Shown: positions 1-14,425 of the stretch, piece after piece
Layout of the letters: each line of letters starts with the position of its first letter
How positions within the stretch are numbered: position 1 is the first letter of the stretch
Translations under genes and position numbers: made by a program
Notes under the pieces: generated by a model
What the model saw: only the letters and a program-made list of their open reading frames with translations
What the model was told of the DNA's origin: nothing
The model's database searches: none
Origin: Eledone cirrhosa
Taxonomy: Eukaryota
NCBI GenBank assembly: GCA_964016885.1
Contig: OZ024747.1
Span: 27,590,001 to 27,654,000 of the forward strand
Length of the DNA: 64,000 nt
Direction of reading: 5' to 3'

Positions 1-994
1 ATTAAACTATTTTATAACATATGGATAACACACTGACAAGGAACTATTAAAAACCATTATATAATAATGATATTACACAGGAGAGAATATTTCTTTTCAT
101 CATAAATTATATATAGTCTATGATATTGATATAAATGTTGTTTTCTTTTTGTTGCTGTTATAATTTTCAAACTAAAACTGAAGAAATTGAAAAGGAACAT
201 AAAATTGTGAAGTAATGGCTGTCCTTTTATCATCATCATTACTAACTACCATCACCATCATCATCATTACCATAACTAATATGACCATCACCAGACTAAT
301 GCCTTCCTTTGTTTCTTTTATTACTCAACTACTGACTATTCAACTGTGAAGTTATAAGTAATGGGACCTGTTTATCAGCCAAGCAGACTGAGGTAAGATG
401 AATTGTGTGACTCAACGCCTGTAGTACTAAGATTTATATAGATGATCCAGAAGTCACTTCTCCATGATTCAGTGGTCATCATCAATGACCATTAGGTCAG
501 TAATCTATACAATTCTGTTGTAAATATTTGGGTCAGTTCTCTGGCTTGAGGATATTTTCATATGAATCTCTTGAAGACCCTGAAAAATGAGGATTGTGGC
601 CACTGATTAAGCAGTAAAATGGAGAAAGCTAGTGAATGTGAGTATGTGAAGGTGTGTGAGAAAGGGAAAGAGTGAATATATGTGCATATGAGTGAAAGTA
701 TATATGTGTGTGCGTGTATGTGTGTGTGTTTGTGTAGGTGAATGTGTGAGTGAGAGTGAGTTAATATTCAAATACACCAAATATATTAACAAAAATATTT
801 CAAAAAATGGTTTATATATATATAAAAAAAAGAAAAGAAGAGAGAGAATGATAGAAAATCCACCATTAAAGAACATCACAATTGTCACTGTTGAAATGGC
901 AAGGTACCTGTCTGTCTGTCTGTAAAGCAGTGATTCTCAAATGGTAATGGGAGAGGTTGGGGGTCATCTGATTGTTGGACGTTGGTTGATTCCA

Positions 995-1305
995 ATGACA
1001 ATTACTCCAGTTGTTTGATTAATGGAACAGCCCGCTCGTGAAATTAACATGCATATGACTAAGCATTCACAGACACGTGTATCCTTCAATATAGTTTTAA
1101 ATGAGATTCAATGTGGCACTGTGGGTAACAAGGCTGGCTCTTAGAATTACAGGTACAACTCATTTTTTTTTCCAGCAGAGTGGACTGGATCAATGTGAAA
1201 TAAAGAGTCTTGCTCAATGACAACATGCCACCCGGTCTGGGAATCAAACTCACAGCCTTACAATTGTGAACTGAACACCATAACCACTAAGCCATATGCC
1301 TTCAT
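995..1305 (-). mobile_element. SINE with a family 2-type tRNA head
   Basis: Reverse strand tggcttagtggtta...gagtttgattccc...ttgagcaagac matches 53760-53880; 3' body differs. Confidence 0.7.
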
Positions 1306-1404
1306 GGAGGAATTTTAGCCAATGGGAGGGATCCAAAGTGGGAAAGAATAGTGTACTTTGTGTATATATTAATGAAATAATAATGTACTTAACTATAGTG
1401 CATA

Positions 1405-1894
1405 TTGTATGTATGGTCGGGTCGTCGGCGACTAAACCGGCAACCCCACCAAGTTTACTTGGTGAGGAGGGTGATTTGGGACACCCTGAAGGACAAAAAA
1501 CAAAACCTGACAAAGGGCGAAAGAACTCATAAGAGTCAACGGCCATCCAAAAGTGTGTAAATATGTATATACTCATGTACCGCGTGGTTAAACCACTGGG
1601 AGTGAAGGACCCCTAGCCTTTGTCAGGGCATTCTTCTAGGAGAAGGCAACTCAGGAAACTGGGATAACTCCGATATAAAACCTGCGGCTCAGTAATTACC
1701 AATGATGTTGATCTTTTCTTCTTTTTGGGTTATAGCTACTGTCGCTCAGAGTGGGATTGGCTCAGTGCACAGTCTTTCCTCACTTTAAAAAATAACTTCA
1801 CACACAGGCATTGCACGATAGAATTAATTAATAATTATTAATAATGGTATATTGTGCAATGACCATACTCGAAAACGAGGGGGCAGCCAGTATG

Positions 1895-1900
<6 letters not shown>
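1405..1900. mobile_element. Unclassified interspersed element between (TATG)n and (TA)n repeats
   Basis: GC-richer island; gggcattcttctaggagaaggcaactc resembles RTE 5' UTR motifs. Confidence 0.4.
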
Positions 1901-1965
<65 letters not shown>

Positions 1966-2369
1966 AATGAAATAGCAATAAACCCAACTATAAGGGTGAT
2001 CACAAATTAACAGTTCATAAAACATAGCTGCTTAAGACAATCCTGTTGGGGACTATAGAATTATTGAGGTTTAAAAAGTTTGTTCATGTTAATATAGTGC
2101 TTGTATGAAAACTTACTAGGGTGAAGAACTCAGAAGACCAGAGATTGCAAAGGGAGGAATGTGACCTGGGTCTCTGAGAACCACTGGTCTATAGACTGCA
2201 GACATTATGGTATGGTTAGACAGTATGGAACATAGAATGGAAGACACTATATTCTATATCTTATAGTGTCTTGTAATAACACCGGAAGAAATTAGGGCTT
2301 ATAAAAAAACTTTTTTTTTTTTAGCAATAATTGAAAAATATAATTAATGATAAAAAACCATAGCAAAAA

Positions 2370-3670
2370 ACAAACATGGATACCAAAAAAGCTGACAACC
2401 ATGTAGCATTTGAAACATGGAACAAACATGTAGCAAATTGTTAAATTTGAAGTATGTGGTGATTGTTACATTTGACACACATAGCAATTGCTAGATTTGA
2501 AATAAGTCTAACATGCATCAATTGTTAAATTTAAGACATGTAGCAAATGCAAAATTTGAAACAAGTCAAACATGTAGTGATTGTTAAAAATGAGACATTT
2601 AGCAATTGTTAAATTTTAGACAGGTTAGACGTAGTGATTGTTAAAAGTTTGGGCCAAATGAAGCTTGCATATAAAGGCTAGTTTGGGACAGCATTGAATA
2701 TGTAGGAACTGTTAGGTTTCTGCCACGTGAAACATGTAGCAATTGTTAAATATGAAACAGGTGGAACATGCAGCAATCATTCAAATTTGAGGCAGAAAGA
2801 AGCATGGTCTAAAAGCTAGTGTGGAACATGGAAGGAAAATTGCTTTCTGTCATTTGAAACATGTAGGATGGCTGCATTTGTGACATGCAAAACATGGGAA
2901 TGGTTGGGTTTGCAACATGTAGAGATGGTTGGGTTTACACATGTAAAACATGTAGGGATGGCTGCATTTATGTGTGAAACATGTGGGAATGAATGGATTC
3001 CCATGAGTTGGAACATGTGGGAATGAATGCATTCCCACAAAGTGAAACATGGGGTAGGTTGAGTTTTCACTGGGTGGAACATGTGACTGGTTGGCTTTTC
3101 ATAAGGTGGAGCATGTAGATATGGTTCGATTCTCACAAGGTGGAACATGTGGAAACTACCAAGTTTGAGTCACATGAAACATGGATTATTGAAATTCATC
3201 TGAGAAAAATAATGAAGTACTTTTTAAAGTAATTCTTAACAGTCTTAACTATCATCCATAAAAAACATGTAGCAAGTGATAGATGTGGACTGAAGGAAAC
3301 AGGCAGTGGTGGATTAAGGTGGAAGTGGGGAGGGAGCCTGACTACGCTGCACCAAAGAGGCCTCACAATAACTAAAGAACCCCAAATTAATTTCTTTGCT
3401 ACCATAAATAATGTGCAAGTGTTGCAATGAAATTTTTAGCCAGTGGCCCCATGCAAGCTTAATCTGCCTCTGAAAACAAGGATGAAACATGTAGCAATTG
3501 ATAGATGTGGACTGGAGAACTCAGGGATGAAACATGTAGCAATTGATAGGTATGGACTGGAGAACACAAGGATGAAACATGTAGCAATTGATAGGTGTGG
3601 ACTGGAGAACACAGGGATGAAACATGTAGCAATTGAAAGGTGTGGACTAGAGGAAACAGGGGTAAGCCAT
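2370..3670. repeat. ACATG-rich degenerate tandem array ending in a 45-bp minisatellite (3481-3670, 4 units)
   Basis: gatgaaacatgtagcaattg recurs at 3481, 3526, 3571, 3616; aacatgt motif throughout. Confidence 0.85.
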
Positions 3671-3959
3671 GTGGTGATTGTTCAAGCGAAAATGAAAATT
3701 GCAAATGTTGTAAGGAGAGAAAACTAATACTACACTCAATTTCATCTGGCACTCTACTGATTTCACCAATTCTGCCATCCACTAATCCCACCCCACCCAA
3801 CCTGGACCACTTTGTATTAATTGAGTCTCTAATTAGTTACAAGACTGATTTTTGCAAAGGAGTATTTATTTATTGCTTGAATTGACTATGATACGACTGG
3901 TATCTTTTTATCAATTGTGGTGGAATTCAGCTGCGATATCTTACACTTGTTATATCACA

Positions 3960-5570
3960 GCCGGTAAAGTTAATGAATGTGGAGAATGAGAGGAAGGAAG
4001 TGGAACTACACTCAGTAAACTCAACAGAGGGTCCAGCTATCAAAATAGTTGTAGAATCAAAGAAGTAATTATGGAGATGAAAATGGCAGAGATAGGCGGA
4101 GTTGATAGTATCATATTTAATGATTAGCAGAGCAATATAATAATCATTAATTGTTACAAAGAAAAAGATGATGTTCTAGAAAGGAGTAACTACAGTGGCA
4201 TTAAACTGGTGGATCAAGTTATGATAGTAGTGGAAAGAGTGTTAGCACAACTTATTAGGGAAAAAGTCAAATATGATGATATGCACTTTAGCCTAGTGCC
4301 AGGAAGGCACACCACAGATGCCCTCTTTTTAGTGAGATAAATACAAGTTAATTAAATATAAACCACTCAGTTAGCTTTTGTAGATCTGGAAACGGTCTTT
4401 GACAGTATCACAATGTGTCATCTGGTGGTTCTTAAGGAAACTGAGTGTTGATGAGAGGCTTGTAAGAGCAGTGCAAGCCATGTACAGAGTGCTGTCAGTA
4501 AAGTGAGAGAAAGTAGTGAGGAACTCAATGTGCAAGTAGGTGTTCATCAAAGCTTCATCCTCAACCCACTTCTGTTTATTATAGTCCTCCAGGTCATAAC
4601 AGTGTAAGACTACCTGTCCATGAGACCTTCTCTATACTGATGACCTTGTCCTTATTGCTGAATCTGTAGAAGAGCTTGAGAAGAAATTTCTATTGTGGAA
4701 ACAGAACTTAGAATCAAAAAGATACAGAGTAAACCGAGCAAAGACCAAAGTTTTAGTAAGTAGGAAAGAGATATGGCCTTCCTCAATATGTATAAAAGGT
4801 GTAAGTAGGAACTCTATATGAAATAGTCAATGTAAGGTATGAGTATCAAGAGGTGTAGTGGGATTGTAGACAGGCTAACAAAAAGCATAGACTTTGTATG
4901 TGACAGATGCACAAGAATAGTGTGTAGTAAGAGCAGCAGTGTAATAAACCCTTTCCAATCTCAAGAGGATACCATAGATGTAGTTGATAGTTTCTGTTAC
5001 TTAAGTTGTCTAATTAGCAATGGAGGGGTTGTTCTGAAAACATAGTAGCTAGAATAAGAAACTGGAAAAATGTACTACCTTTAATAAGAACAATGGGATA
5101 TTTTCTCTGAGCAAAGGGTAGATTGTATGATGACTGCATTAAAAGTACAATGTTGCATGGAAATGAGACATTGGTGATAAATGCAACGGTTATGAGGAGG
5201 CAGGAGAGAAATAAAGTGAGCATGCTCCATTTGGATGTGTAATGTTAGTGTTCATGAACAATGAAAGCATGGATGAACTGAGAGAAAAATTGGGTTTTAG
5301 AGGAATCAGATGTAGTGTGCAAGAGAGAAGACTGCATTGGTATGGATGACGGTTGCTGGGTGAAGAAGTGCCAAGAGATACCAGTGGAAGAAAGCTGCAG
5401 TAGAGGAAGGCCAGGGAAAAACTTGGGCAGAGGTGGTTAGAGCATATCTCAAAACACAGAACTTCACAGAGATGAATTAGGAACATAATGAGTGGAAGGA
5501 GGCTGAGCTGGAAATAACCCTTTCAACCCATGGAAGCATGGAAAAATGAACATTAAATGATGATGATGAT
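3960..5570 (+). pseudogene. Old degenerate RTE LINE (RT, PHD remnant and C-terminus)
   Basis: Recognisable SNYSGIKLVDQVM, VDLETVFD, VGVHQ, LYTDDLVLIAE, RRLHWYG with many stops and frameshifts; ends in attaaa(tga)n. Confidence 0.88.
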
Positions 5571-6614
5571 AAATCTACTTTTTGTCGCTATTATATGCAA
5601 TGATGTAATCAGTGGATGTTCTAGAAACTAGAAAAAGTTATTATATTGAGTGGCCTCTTTAAATATTTCTTTATTACCTCTTTATACAATTTTTTATTAA
5701 TTTTCTTCATATATTGTACTTTCTACCAGAAGTATGTATTAACATATATAATATACAATAATAAGAATATATATAATTATAATTGTAGACCTAATGTAAT
5801 ATTAATAAAGTAATTAAAAAAATAGAGGGTCTAATTCTGTGTCAGCTTGGTAACAAAATCATCCATAGAAGTATCTTAGGATAAACACTAATTCAAAATG
5901 GAAGCTTCAAGGAAAAAGGAGGATGAAAAAGAAAGATATAAAAATCGATCTTTGATGACATGCAATCTACATCATGGTACTGAATTAATTACACATAAAC
6001 CATATTCTATGGAACTTTTTTCTCATCCATCTTTTTCCTCTGTACTTTTTTTTCTTTGATAAAGGATATACACAGTGTGAAAGTTAAGGACATTCCGGCT
6101 TTTTTTTTTTTATTATAGTATTAAACTAATATAATACTGTGTATTTCCATTGGTGATTTATTCTGTGCTGATATTTCTTACACACACACACACTCACACT
6201 GGGTTCAGATCTAATAGTAAACTAAGTAGTCCACAAAGGAGGAAAAACTCAATAAGCTTATTTATTCATTTTCATACAAAATAGCTACAATATTTCAGCA
6301 AAGCATAGCTATGTTGTAAATAGATGAATAAATAAATTTACACATACGCACGCACACACATATATATATATATAAATATTACATATATGACTTAAACATG
6401 CCTATATTTTATACTTGCACGCATGTACACATATACATTCAAGCCTAAAATAACAATAAAAGCCAGGTGTGTTGACCTCATAGGTAAGAAAATGGCAGCA
6501 ACGGGAGAACAATTTTGACAAATATATTTCATATTTAGCATTTTATACTTTGTTATTTTAAGTGGCTTTTTTTTTTATTCAACAGGAATGACTTAAAGAT
6601 GATAAAAGCCAAAG

Positions 6615-6649
<35 letters not shown>

Positions 6650-7252
6650 CATAGACATGTCATATACATATGTGTGTGTGTGTGTGTATATATATATATG
6701 TTCTAAAAAATGGTGGGCAAGAAATGATTGTTTATACACTGAAAGCACCAATAAGGAAAAGTCGAAACAATATTTGCTGTAAGCCATCCAAATATGTTCA
6801 TAAGTAATCCATTGTCTGTTCTGTTAAGTCATCAATTTTTCTTCTTAAATAATCCAAATGTGTTCTGTAAATAATCCATATTGTAATCCAGTTCTGTTCT
6901 TAAGTCATCCAAGTTTGTTTTGTTAAGTTATTCATTTTTTGTAGTAGAATTTTAATCTCATTTAACACATCATAGACTCTCCATTTTGCTTAAATCGACA
7001 TTTAGATTTTTCTTTTTTTCTATATCTTCTTCCCCCTCTCCTCAACATTTCTTCATCTTCATCTCTTCAACAAGAACTCTCAGATGGAAAATAGGTTTTT
7101 TTTCTGCATTGTATTGTCTTGTTTTGTTCTTAACTTATATTTTTAAATGTTTGTTTGCTGTTTATTATTCTTTAGTTATTTTGTGTTTCCTTCCCCCAAA
7201 AAATGTTCATTTATTTCTTCTTCACAGCAGCGAAAAATAAATCAAGATGTTT

Positions 7253-7281
7253 TCACACTTTAGGAATTTCTTCATAAATAT
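7253..7281 (-). CDS. FYB/ADAP-like adaptor, terminal coding exon (DIYEEIPKV-stop)
   Basis: tctgtctttcag| acceptor, phase 1; acidic tyrosine motif then TGA; AT-rich UTR-like sequence follows toward ~6 kb. Confidence 0.78.
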
Positions 7282-7322
7282 CTGAAAGACAGAAATAATA
7301 TATACATACATATAATAGAAAT

Positions 7323-7452
7323 AATTGTTTCTACGTTTGGCACAAGGCCAGCAATTACCCAGAGCATTACTGGTACTTTATTTTATCGACCCCTTAAGGA
7401 TGAAAGGCAAAGTTAACCTCGGTGGGATTTGAACTCAGAATGGCAAGGGCTG
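7323..7452 (-). mobile_element. SINE family 1 copy
   Basis: Reverse complement of 50770-50956, partial. Confidence 0.8.
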
Positions 7453-7834
7453 TAGAAATAATATATACATACATATATACATATATATACATACACATAC
7501 ATAAAAATCTTAACCATATATATATATATATGTGTATGCATATATATACACATATGTTGGTACCACAAAACATCCAGCTCACACTGTAAAGTGGTCATGT
7601 TGGAGACATTGCAAAAAGTACCCAGCACACACTGTAAATGTGGTTGGCATTAGGATGGGCATCCAGCCATAGAAAACGAACCAGAAAGAGTCCTATATAA
7701 GCGAGACACGGTCACCCAATCCAACTTACCTCAAATGGGACAAACCCATCTAACCCATGGAAAGTAGATGTTAAATGATGATATGCATATATACATATGG
7801 ACATATGTACGTACATATACTTATGTCCATATAT

Positions 7835-8870
7835 TGTCTCTGATGGTGCAGCAGTTTTACCATTTTTCATTTTCCTGATTGCTTCTTGGACCTTATAATT
7901 GTCTATTTCAATATTTATCCCCTCTGTTGAGTCTATGAGACAAGTCCCTTTTCTTTGCACTCATCAATCTCTCATAGTAACATTTCCAGGCCTCTTTTTT
8001 CTGAGCATCAATGCGGCTAGTTGTGAATACACTCAATTTATATACATCTTGATTCACACTGACACATTGGTTTGCAATGCGAAACACTTCATGTCATTGA
8101 TCACAGCACATTAGCAAGCCTTTTCCTTTCTGCTTGTCTTTGTGCAAAGTAAACCTTATGTCTAGCTTTTATTTTAGCTCCTTGGTAGTGCTCTCTACCT
8201 CCCCATTTTTCCAGTCGTCTCTTAGCTTTAATGGCTCTATCTACAATACCATTCCATTACCAAGTCATCTTTCATCTGATACTTTGCTTCAGCTAGAAAC
8301 TTCTAGTTCTCCTCTTTATCATAAATGTCCATCTCCTCTTCCTTCTCATTTACACCACATAGAGCTTTTCCAAACCTACACTTAACCAAAAGGTCCTTTA
8401 GCTTCCATACCTTCTTTCTACAGATTGTCTGCATTTCTAATTCCATCTGATTCTTATTCTGATGTCACTAACAACTAATTTATGTTGGCTAGTGCATTCT
8501 TCACCAGGAAAAGACTTAACATTTATAACTATCTGAATATCCCATTTTCTAATGAGTCAATCCAGCTTGTATGCTCATCTGATTGGCAGGTGATCAAGTA
8601 GCTGGATGGTTACCTGAAGTTAGTGTTGCAAATGGTTAGGTCATTTGCATCACTGAATACTAGGAGACACATCCATAGCCACCATGCACTTCAGTCTGGC
8701 TATCTTGGTGTTATCGAACATAGTCATTGAAGTCATCCACCAGAATGAGATCTGTCATCTGCTATTGAAGTCATCTGTATGAGTTCCTCATAGAAATGGT
8801 CTTCTGTTCTTTACTAACCATTGATTGTGGTGCATATGTGAAATTAACTGTTGCCATTCTATTGCTTATT
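7835..8870 (-). pseudogene. Old degenerate RTE LINE (endonuclease to start of RT)
   Basis: Reverse strand matches APE and linker of the copy at 54660-56150 (e.g. IEIDNYKVQEAIRKMKNGKTAAPS); an RTE-type 3' UTR piece lies on + at 7560-7782. Confidence 0.8.
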
Positions 8871-9133
8871 TTGAGCTCGATACACACATATTAATGTGTC
8901 ATGGATAAGGAGATGGTGTTCACTGGTGTAGAACATAGAAACACTGTGTATGTATGTTTATCAAGGAGAGTGTTTTAATGGTCTACAGTGTAGAACTAAG
9001 TAGAAGTAATGACTCTTCACACACACACAGAGTTAAGTAAAGATTATGTTGATAGGAAGATACACCATACAAACATAGGAACAGTGAAATGAGATGAGAA
9101 GATGATGGGAGAAAGTGATTCAGCTTAACTCAC

Positions 9134-9168
9134 CGTCTTGTGTAACATCTTCATCCCCTGGGGTGAAG
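9134..9168 (-). CDS. FYB/ADAP-like adaptor, penultimate exon (FTPGDEDVTQD)
   Basis: gttttcttcag| acceptor, ACG|gtgagt donor; 35 nt, phase 2 to 1, bridging the SH3 exon and the terminal exon. Confidence 0.75.
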
Positions 9169-10504
9169 CTGAAGAAAACAGAATTTGAGATCATTAACAA
9201 CATATAAACTTTTGAGATAGCATCAACAGTCATCAATTTACTTGTGTTTCATTCATTAGCCTCTCTGGAGTTCATTAAACTCTTTATGGCCCTTTCACTT
9301 CGTTATGGTTACACATATACAGAGTCTATCCATTTGGTTATTTTGGTATATTGATGAAACAGCTTCAGGCAAGATTTGATCAGAAGAATTACTTAGTTAT
9401 TGAACAGCTCGTTGCTTTCCAATCAGTTACACTACTTTTGTGGTAACAATTTCACTGATGGGAGATGGAGTTAAATATCTTAAGGACTTACATTGATGCC
9501 TGCTAAGTGATTTGATTTCATTAGCAACCAGTTAAATTGGCCACTGTGTATTTCTATCTTGATTTACTTATGATAAACAATGGCTAATGTTCAAACAATG
9601 ACCATTCCATTCTGCCTGGAACAAAATTCTTGCTATAAACTCACAAGAATTACCCAAAACTGTACTTCCTCACTTATAACAGACTAGAGATACAATGAAG
9701 AATTCACTGTTGGTTTCAACAATGAACTTTCAGTTGTTCAATCAACTAAAAATTCATATCATGAATTAATACAGAAGTGGTTGAATATTGCACAGACACA
9801 TATACTCTTAACATAATTCTCAAAGAGATTCATCAGTGTGACATATTGTGTATGACAAGGTTGGCTCTTTGAACTATAGGTGCAGTCCATCCAACAGGCT
9901 TTTAAACAGTTTTCTTCTACTCAATCTTGCTCATAAGGTTTGGGATGATCCTAGACTATTGTAAATAACATTTGTCCAAGATTCCATGTAGTGAAATCAA
10001 GTACATGTCCTCATGATTGCAAAGTGAATTTTGTAACCACCCAGTCATGCCTACATTCATACACACAGTATAGATTGTAAAACTGAAGTCCATCTTAGAC
10101 ATTTTATCTGTATAGTTCCTGCAAATACAGCTCCAACCACACACAAATATTGATTAATAAATCACACACCATTTACTTTCTTTTGAAAATATCATGAAAT
10201 ATATTTTCACTCCTTTATTTCTAACTAGCATTGTACTGGCTTTCCTGAAACAATTCTAACCACACACACACATTAATACTATTCAAGTGAGGAAAAAAAT
10301 GAAAATGTTCTATAAAAGATTTATAAACATTCAAATTATGACATAGAAAACAAAAATTTCAGTATATTCTCTTCTTTACCATGATTATCTTTTTCAACAA
10401 GTGAACTGGGGGAATTTTATGATGAAGATGTAAACATTCTTTCATTTTTCTGATTCGGTTTTAAAAAATATATACATGTAAGAAAAATCAACAAGAGAAG
10501 AAAA

Positions 10505-10690
10505 TAATTGTTTCTACTTTTGGCACAAGGCCAGTAATTACCCAGTGTATTACTGGTACTTTATTTTATCGACCTCGTAAGGATGAAAGGCAAAGTTAAC
10601 CTCGGCGGGATTTGAACTCAGAATGGCAAGGGCCGTGACTATGCGTCAAAGCATGGCGTCCGACCCTCTACCGATACTGCCAATTCACTA
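10505..10690 (-). mobile_element. SINE family 1 copy
   Basis: Full match including A and B boxes. Confidence 0.85.
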
Positions 10691-10704
10691 AAAAAGTGCC
10701 TTAA

Positions 10705-11134
10705 CCCTTTAGCATTTAAACCGGCCAGAACTGGCTCACCTCTTTCTGTTCAAACTGGCTGTATCTGGCCACTCATTCCTATGTGAACCCTTTAGCATTT
10801 ACATTGTTCTATATATACTATTATATTTACTATTGTATTTTCACAGTAAAGGCTTTACCTCACATAATATCAAATCTGAGATTTTGATATTTATTTCGAG
10901 AACAATACCTTAGCATCAGTGTGAGTGGCCAGTTACAGCTGGTTTGAACAGAAAGGGGTGAGTGAATTGTGGCCGGATATGGCCGGTTTGATTGCTAAAG
11001 GGTTAAGGTATTGTTCTCAAAATAAATAACATCAAAATCTCATATATTCGACATTATGTGAGATAATTATGTAAGATAAACTGTTTACCATGAAAATACA
11101 ATAGTAAATATAGAATAATGTAAATGTTAAAGGG
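10705..11134. mobile_element. piggyBac-like MITE containing an inverted second copy (10788-11002)
   Basis: TTAA|CCCTTTAGCATT...AATGTTAAAGGG|TTAA outer ends; inner tgaa|CCCTTTAGCATT...TGCTAAAGGG|TTAA. Confidence 0.8.
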
Positions 11135-11459
11135 TTAATGTTTTGGATGCCGGTCCTTCATTAGGCTTATATTTAATGTATGTGAGAATATGAAGAGACA
11201 CTGAAAATGAGAGATCTGAACATTTTCCGCTGACCAAATCCATTAAACAAGAGGAAATAGATATAACATGTTTGACTGTTGGTCTTGACCAATATTATGA
11301 GAAATCATTACCAAGATGCTTTTATTTAGCAGTGGAGAAAGAAGAAAATAAAGTTATGGAATGTCTGTGTCCCTGATTGGATGGAAGCCAAAGATTGGGG
11401 GGGGGGGGTATGGCTGGAAAAGAAGCAAAGCAGATTTAAAATGTGTTTCCCTCTATTAT

Positions 11460-11685
11460 AGACAAAGAGACAAGATAAACAGACAGACAGAGAGATAGAC
11501 ACACAGACAAACGGTCAAGATAAACAGACAGATAGATAGGCAGACAGAGAGATAGACAGACGGGTAAAGAGATAGACAGACAGACAAGATAAAGAAACAG
11601 ATAAAGAGATAGACAGACAGATTGATAGATAGACAGACTGACAGCGAGAAAGACAGCTAGACAGATAGACAAACAGATGGACACT
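11460..11685. repeat. (GACA)/(GATA) compound microsatellite
   Basis: Direct inspection. Confidence 0.85.
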
Positions 11686-12452
11686 GAGAAACTGAGTTAT
11701 AACAGAGTAAATCAACTTTGAATGAATAAATAAAGTGTGTGTGTGTGTATTTGAAAATAGAATTAGAAGCTTTCACTGTATATTGACTACAGAAAAGTCT
11801 AATATTAGGGCAACTGAACTCCCATAACGGAAAAAAATGGGCATTTAGCATGTGTGGGAATCAACCTACACCTCTATTTTCACAATAAGTGTGCTAGATT
11901 GGTTATACCAGCACATCCACCCTATTTTTCTCCGTTAAATTTAGAAGCTATAAAGTTAATAGCAGTAAATATATTATCATGTATGAATTAGAAGTTTTCA
12001 CTGTATATTGACTACAGAAAATAATTTAATATTCGGGTATATGAACTCCCATTATGGAAAAAAAAGGGGCATTAGGATGCTTCTAATTCTCTTTTCAAAA
12101 TGTTCAATCACCACTGTATTCTAACTTATAAGTGCTTTTATGTGTGTGTGTGTGTGTGTGTAAATATGTACGTGCATGTATGGTCAAAGCTGGAGTGTTG
12201 ATCATCATCTGAAATAACATTGATCAGTTAAATTTCATTTTAAAATCAATACATAATCAATGTATAAGGAAAAAAGAGCAACAATAATAAAGTCATTTTT
12301 GCAAGGAATCAATAAATAATTTAAAAAATATATTGATTTTTGATTTGAAGCATATGTATGTGTGTGATAGAGAGTATATGTGAGTGTATGAGTGAAAGAA
12401 AAACTGCAATTGTGTGAGAGTGTGTATAAGCATGACTTTCTGTATGGTGCAT

Positions 12453-13350
12453 GTATGTGAGAGAGAAAAAGAGAGAGATAGTGTGTATGTGAGAAAGAAA
12501 AAGAGAGAGATAGTGTGTATGTGAGAGAGAAAAAGAGAGAGATAGTGTGTATGTGAGAGAGAAAAAGAGAGAGATAGTGTGTATGTGAGAGAGAAAAAGA
12601 GAGAGATAGTGTGTATGTGAGAGAGAAAAAGAGAGAGATAGTGTGTATGTGAGAGAGAAAAAGAGAGAGATAGTGTGTATGTGAGAGAGAAAAAGAGAGA
12701 GATAGTGTGTATGTGAGAGAGAAAAAGAGAGAGATAGTGTGTATGTGAGAGAGAAAAAGAGAGAGATAGTGTGTATGTGAGAGAGAAAAAGAGAGAGATA
12801 GCATCTATGTGAGAGAGAAAAAGAGAGAGATAGCGTATATGTGAAAGAGAGATATTGTGTGTGTGTGTGAGAAAGAGAGAGAGTGTGGATGTGAAAGAGA
12901 GATATTGTGTGTGTGTGTGAGAAAGAGAGAGTGTGGATGTGAAAGAGAGATATTGTGTGTGTGTGTGAGAAAGAGAGAGTGTGGATGTGAAAGAGAGATA
13001 TTGTGTGTGTGTGTGAGAAAGAGAGAGAGTGTGGATGTGAAAGAGAGATATTGTGTGTGTGTGTGTGAGAAAGAGAGATAGTGTGGATGTGAAAGAGAGA
13101 TATTGTGTGTGTGTGTGTGAGAAAGAGAGAGTGTGGATGTGAAAGAGATATTGTGTGTGTGAGAAAGAGAGATAGTGTGGATGTGAAAGAGAGATATTGT
13201 GTGTGTGTGTAAGAAAGAGAGATAGTGTGGATGTGAAAGAGAGATATTGTGTGTGTGTGTGTGTGAGAAAGAGAGAGTGTGGATGTGAAAGAGAGATATT
13301 GTGTGTGTGTGTGAGAAAGAGAGATAGTGTGGATGTGAGAGAGAGAGAGA
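12453..13350. repeat. Compound minisatellite: 32-bp unit (12453-12835) then a ~46-52-bp unit
   Basis: atagtgtgtatgtgagagagaaaaagagagag about x12, then gtgtggatgtgaaagagagatatt(gt)n-gagaaagagaga. Confidence 0.95.
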
Positions 13351-13799
13351 GAAATAAAAAGTGTGTATGTTTATAACAGTCCATTAACGATAATATTGAT
13401 GAATGCCATATCTTCTCAATGTAAGCTTCCATCACTCTATAAATAATTCATTCCATCATCATCATAACAAGGATAAAAATAATGCCAAGTTCATATATTT
13501 GGTGGAGGGCTATAACAAGGAAAGGGGCCGATCATTAGATCAGACCAAGGAAACAATGTTTCCAGTGGTCTTTCCATAGCTGATACGATTTGTCAGTTGC
13601 AACCCCTGACAGAAGAAAGGGGCTGATCGTCAGATAAGACCAAGGAAATTATGTTTCCATTGGTCTTTCCATTGTTGATACAGAAGGAGCATTGCTGACA
13701 GAAAGGAACAAGGTAAAATAAAGTATTTTGCTCAAGACACCTGGTTCAGGAACCCAAGATGATTGTGAGTTCAAAACCCTAACCACTAGAGGTGTATAA

Positions 13800-14425
13800 T
13801 TAATTTAACCACAGTATGTCACAAATACTTTATCTTATTGCCCTTGGAAGAATAAAAGGTAAAATTGACCATGACAGGATTTGAACTCAAAATGTGAAAG
13901 GGACATAAGCAAATACCAAAGAGCAAAAGTTGAGCCCTTTACTATTTCTGCAGACTAATAATGGTTTCTGATATAGGCACAAGGCCAGCAATTTTTTTTT
14001 TTGGGGGGGGGGGGGGGAGAAATTGATCAAATCAACCCCAGCGAATGACTGGTTCTTTATTTTATTGACCTCGTAAGGATGAAAGGCAAAGCTAACCCCA
14101 GCAGGATTTGAACTTAGAATAAACAGGAACAAATGCTGCAAAGCATTTTGTCTGACCACCTAATGATTCTGCCAATCCACTACCTTTATAATAGAATTAT
14201 TACTACTACTACTACTAATAATAATAATAATAATAATAATTGTTTCTACTTTAGGCACAAGGCCAGCAATTACCCAGTGCATTACTGGTACTTTATTTTA
14301 TTGACCCCGTAAGGATGAAAGGCAAAGTCAACCTCGGCGGGATTTGAACTCAGATCGTAAAGGGACGTAACTATGCTGAAAAGCATGGCGTCCGACCTTC
14401 TACTGATACTGCCAATCCACCGCCC
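13800..14425 (-). mobile_element. Cluster of three SINE family 1 copies (partial ~13800, 13960-14185, 14238-14425) separated by (TAA)n
   Basis: Repeated ggatgaaaggcaaag...gatttgaactcaga core. Confidence 0.8.

Larger units (their letters stand above)
928..2186. mobile_element. Possible old hAT/Charlie-like element with nested insertions
   Basis: cagtgattctcaaa...tctgagaaccactg ends; 8-bp flanks do not match. Confidence 0.3.

Noticed and set aside
12235-13435. 189- and 380-aa S/L/H/T-rich ORFs
   Set aside because: Minisatellite translations
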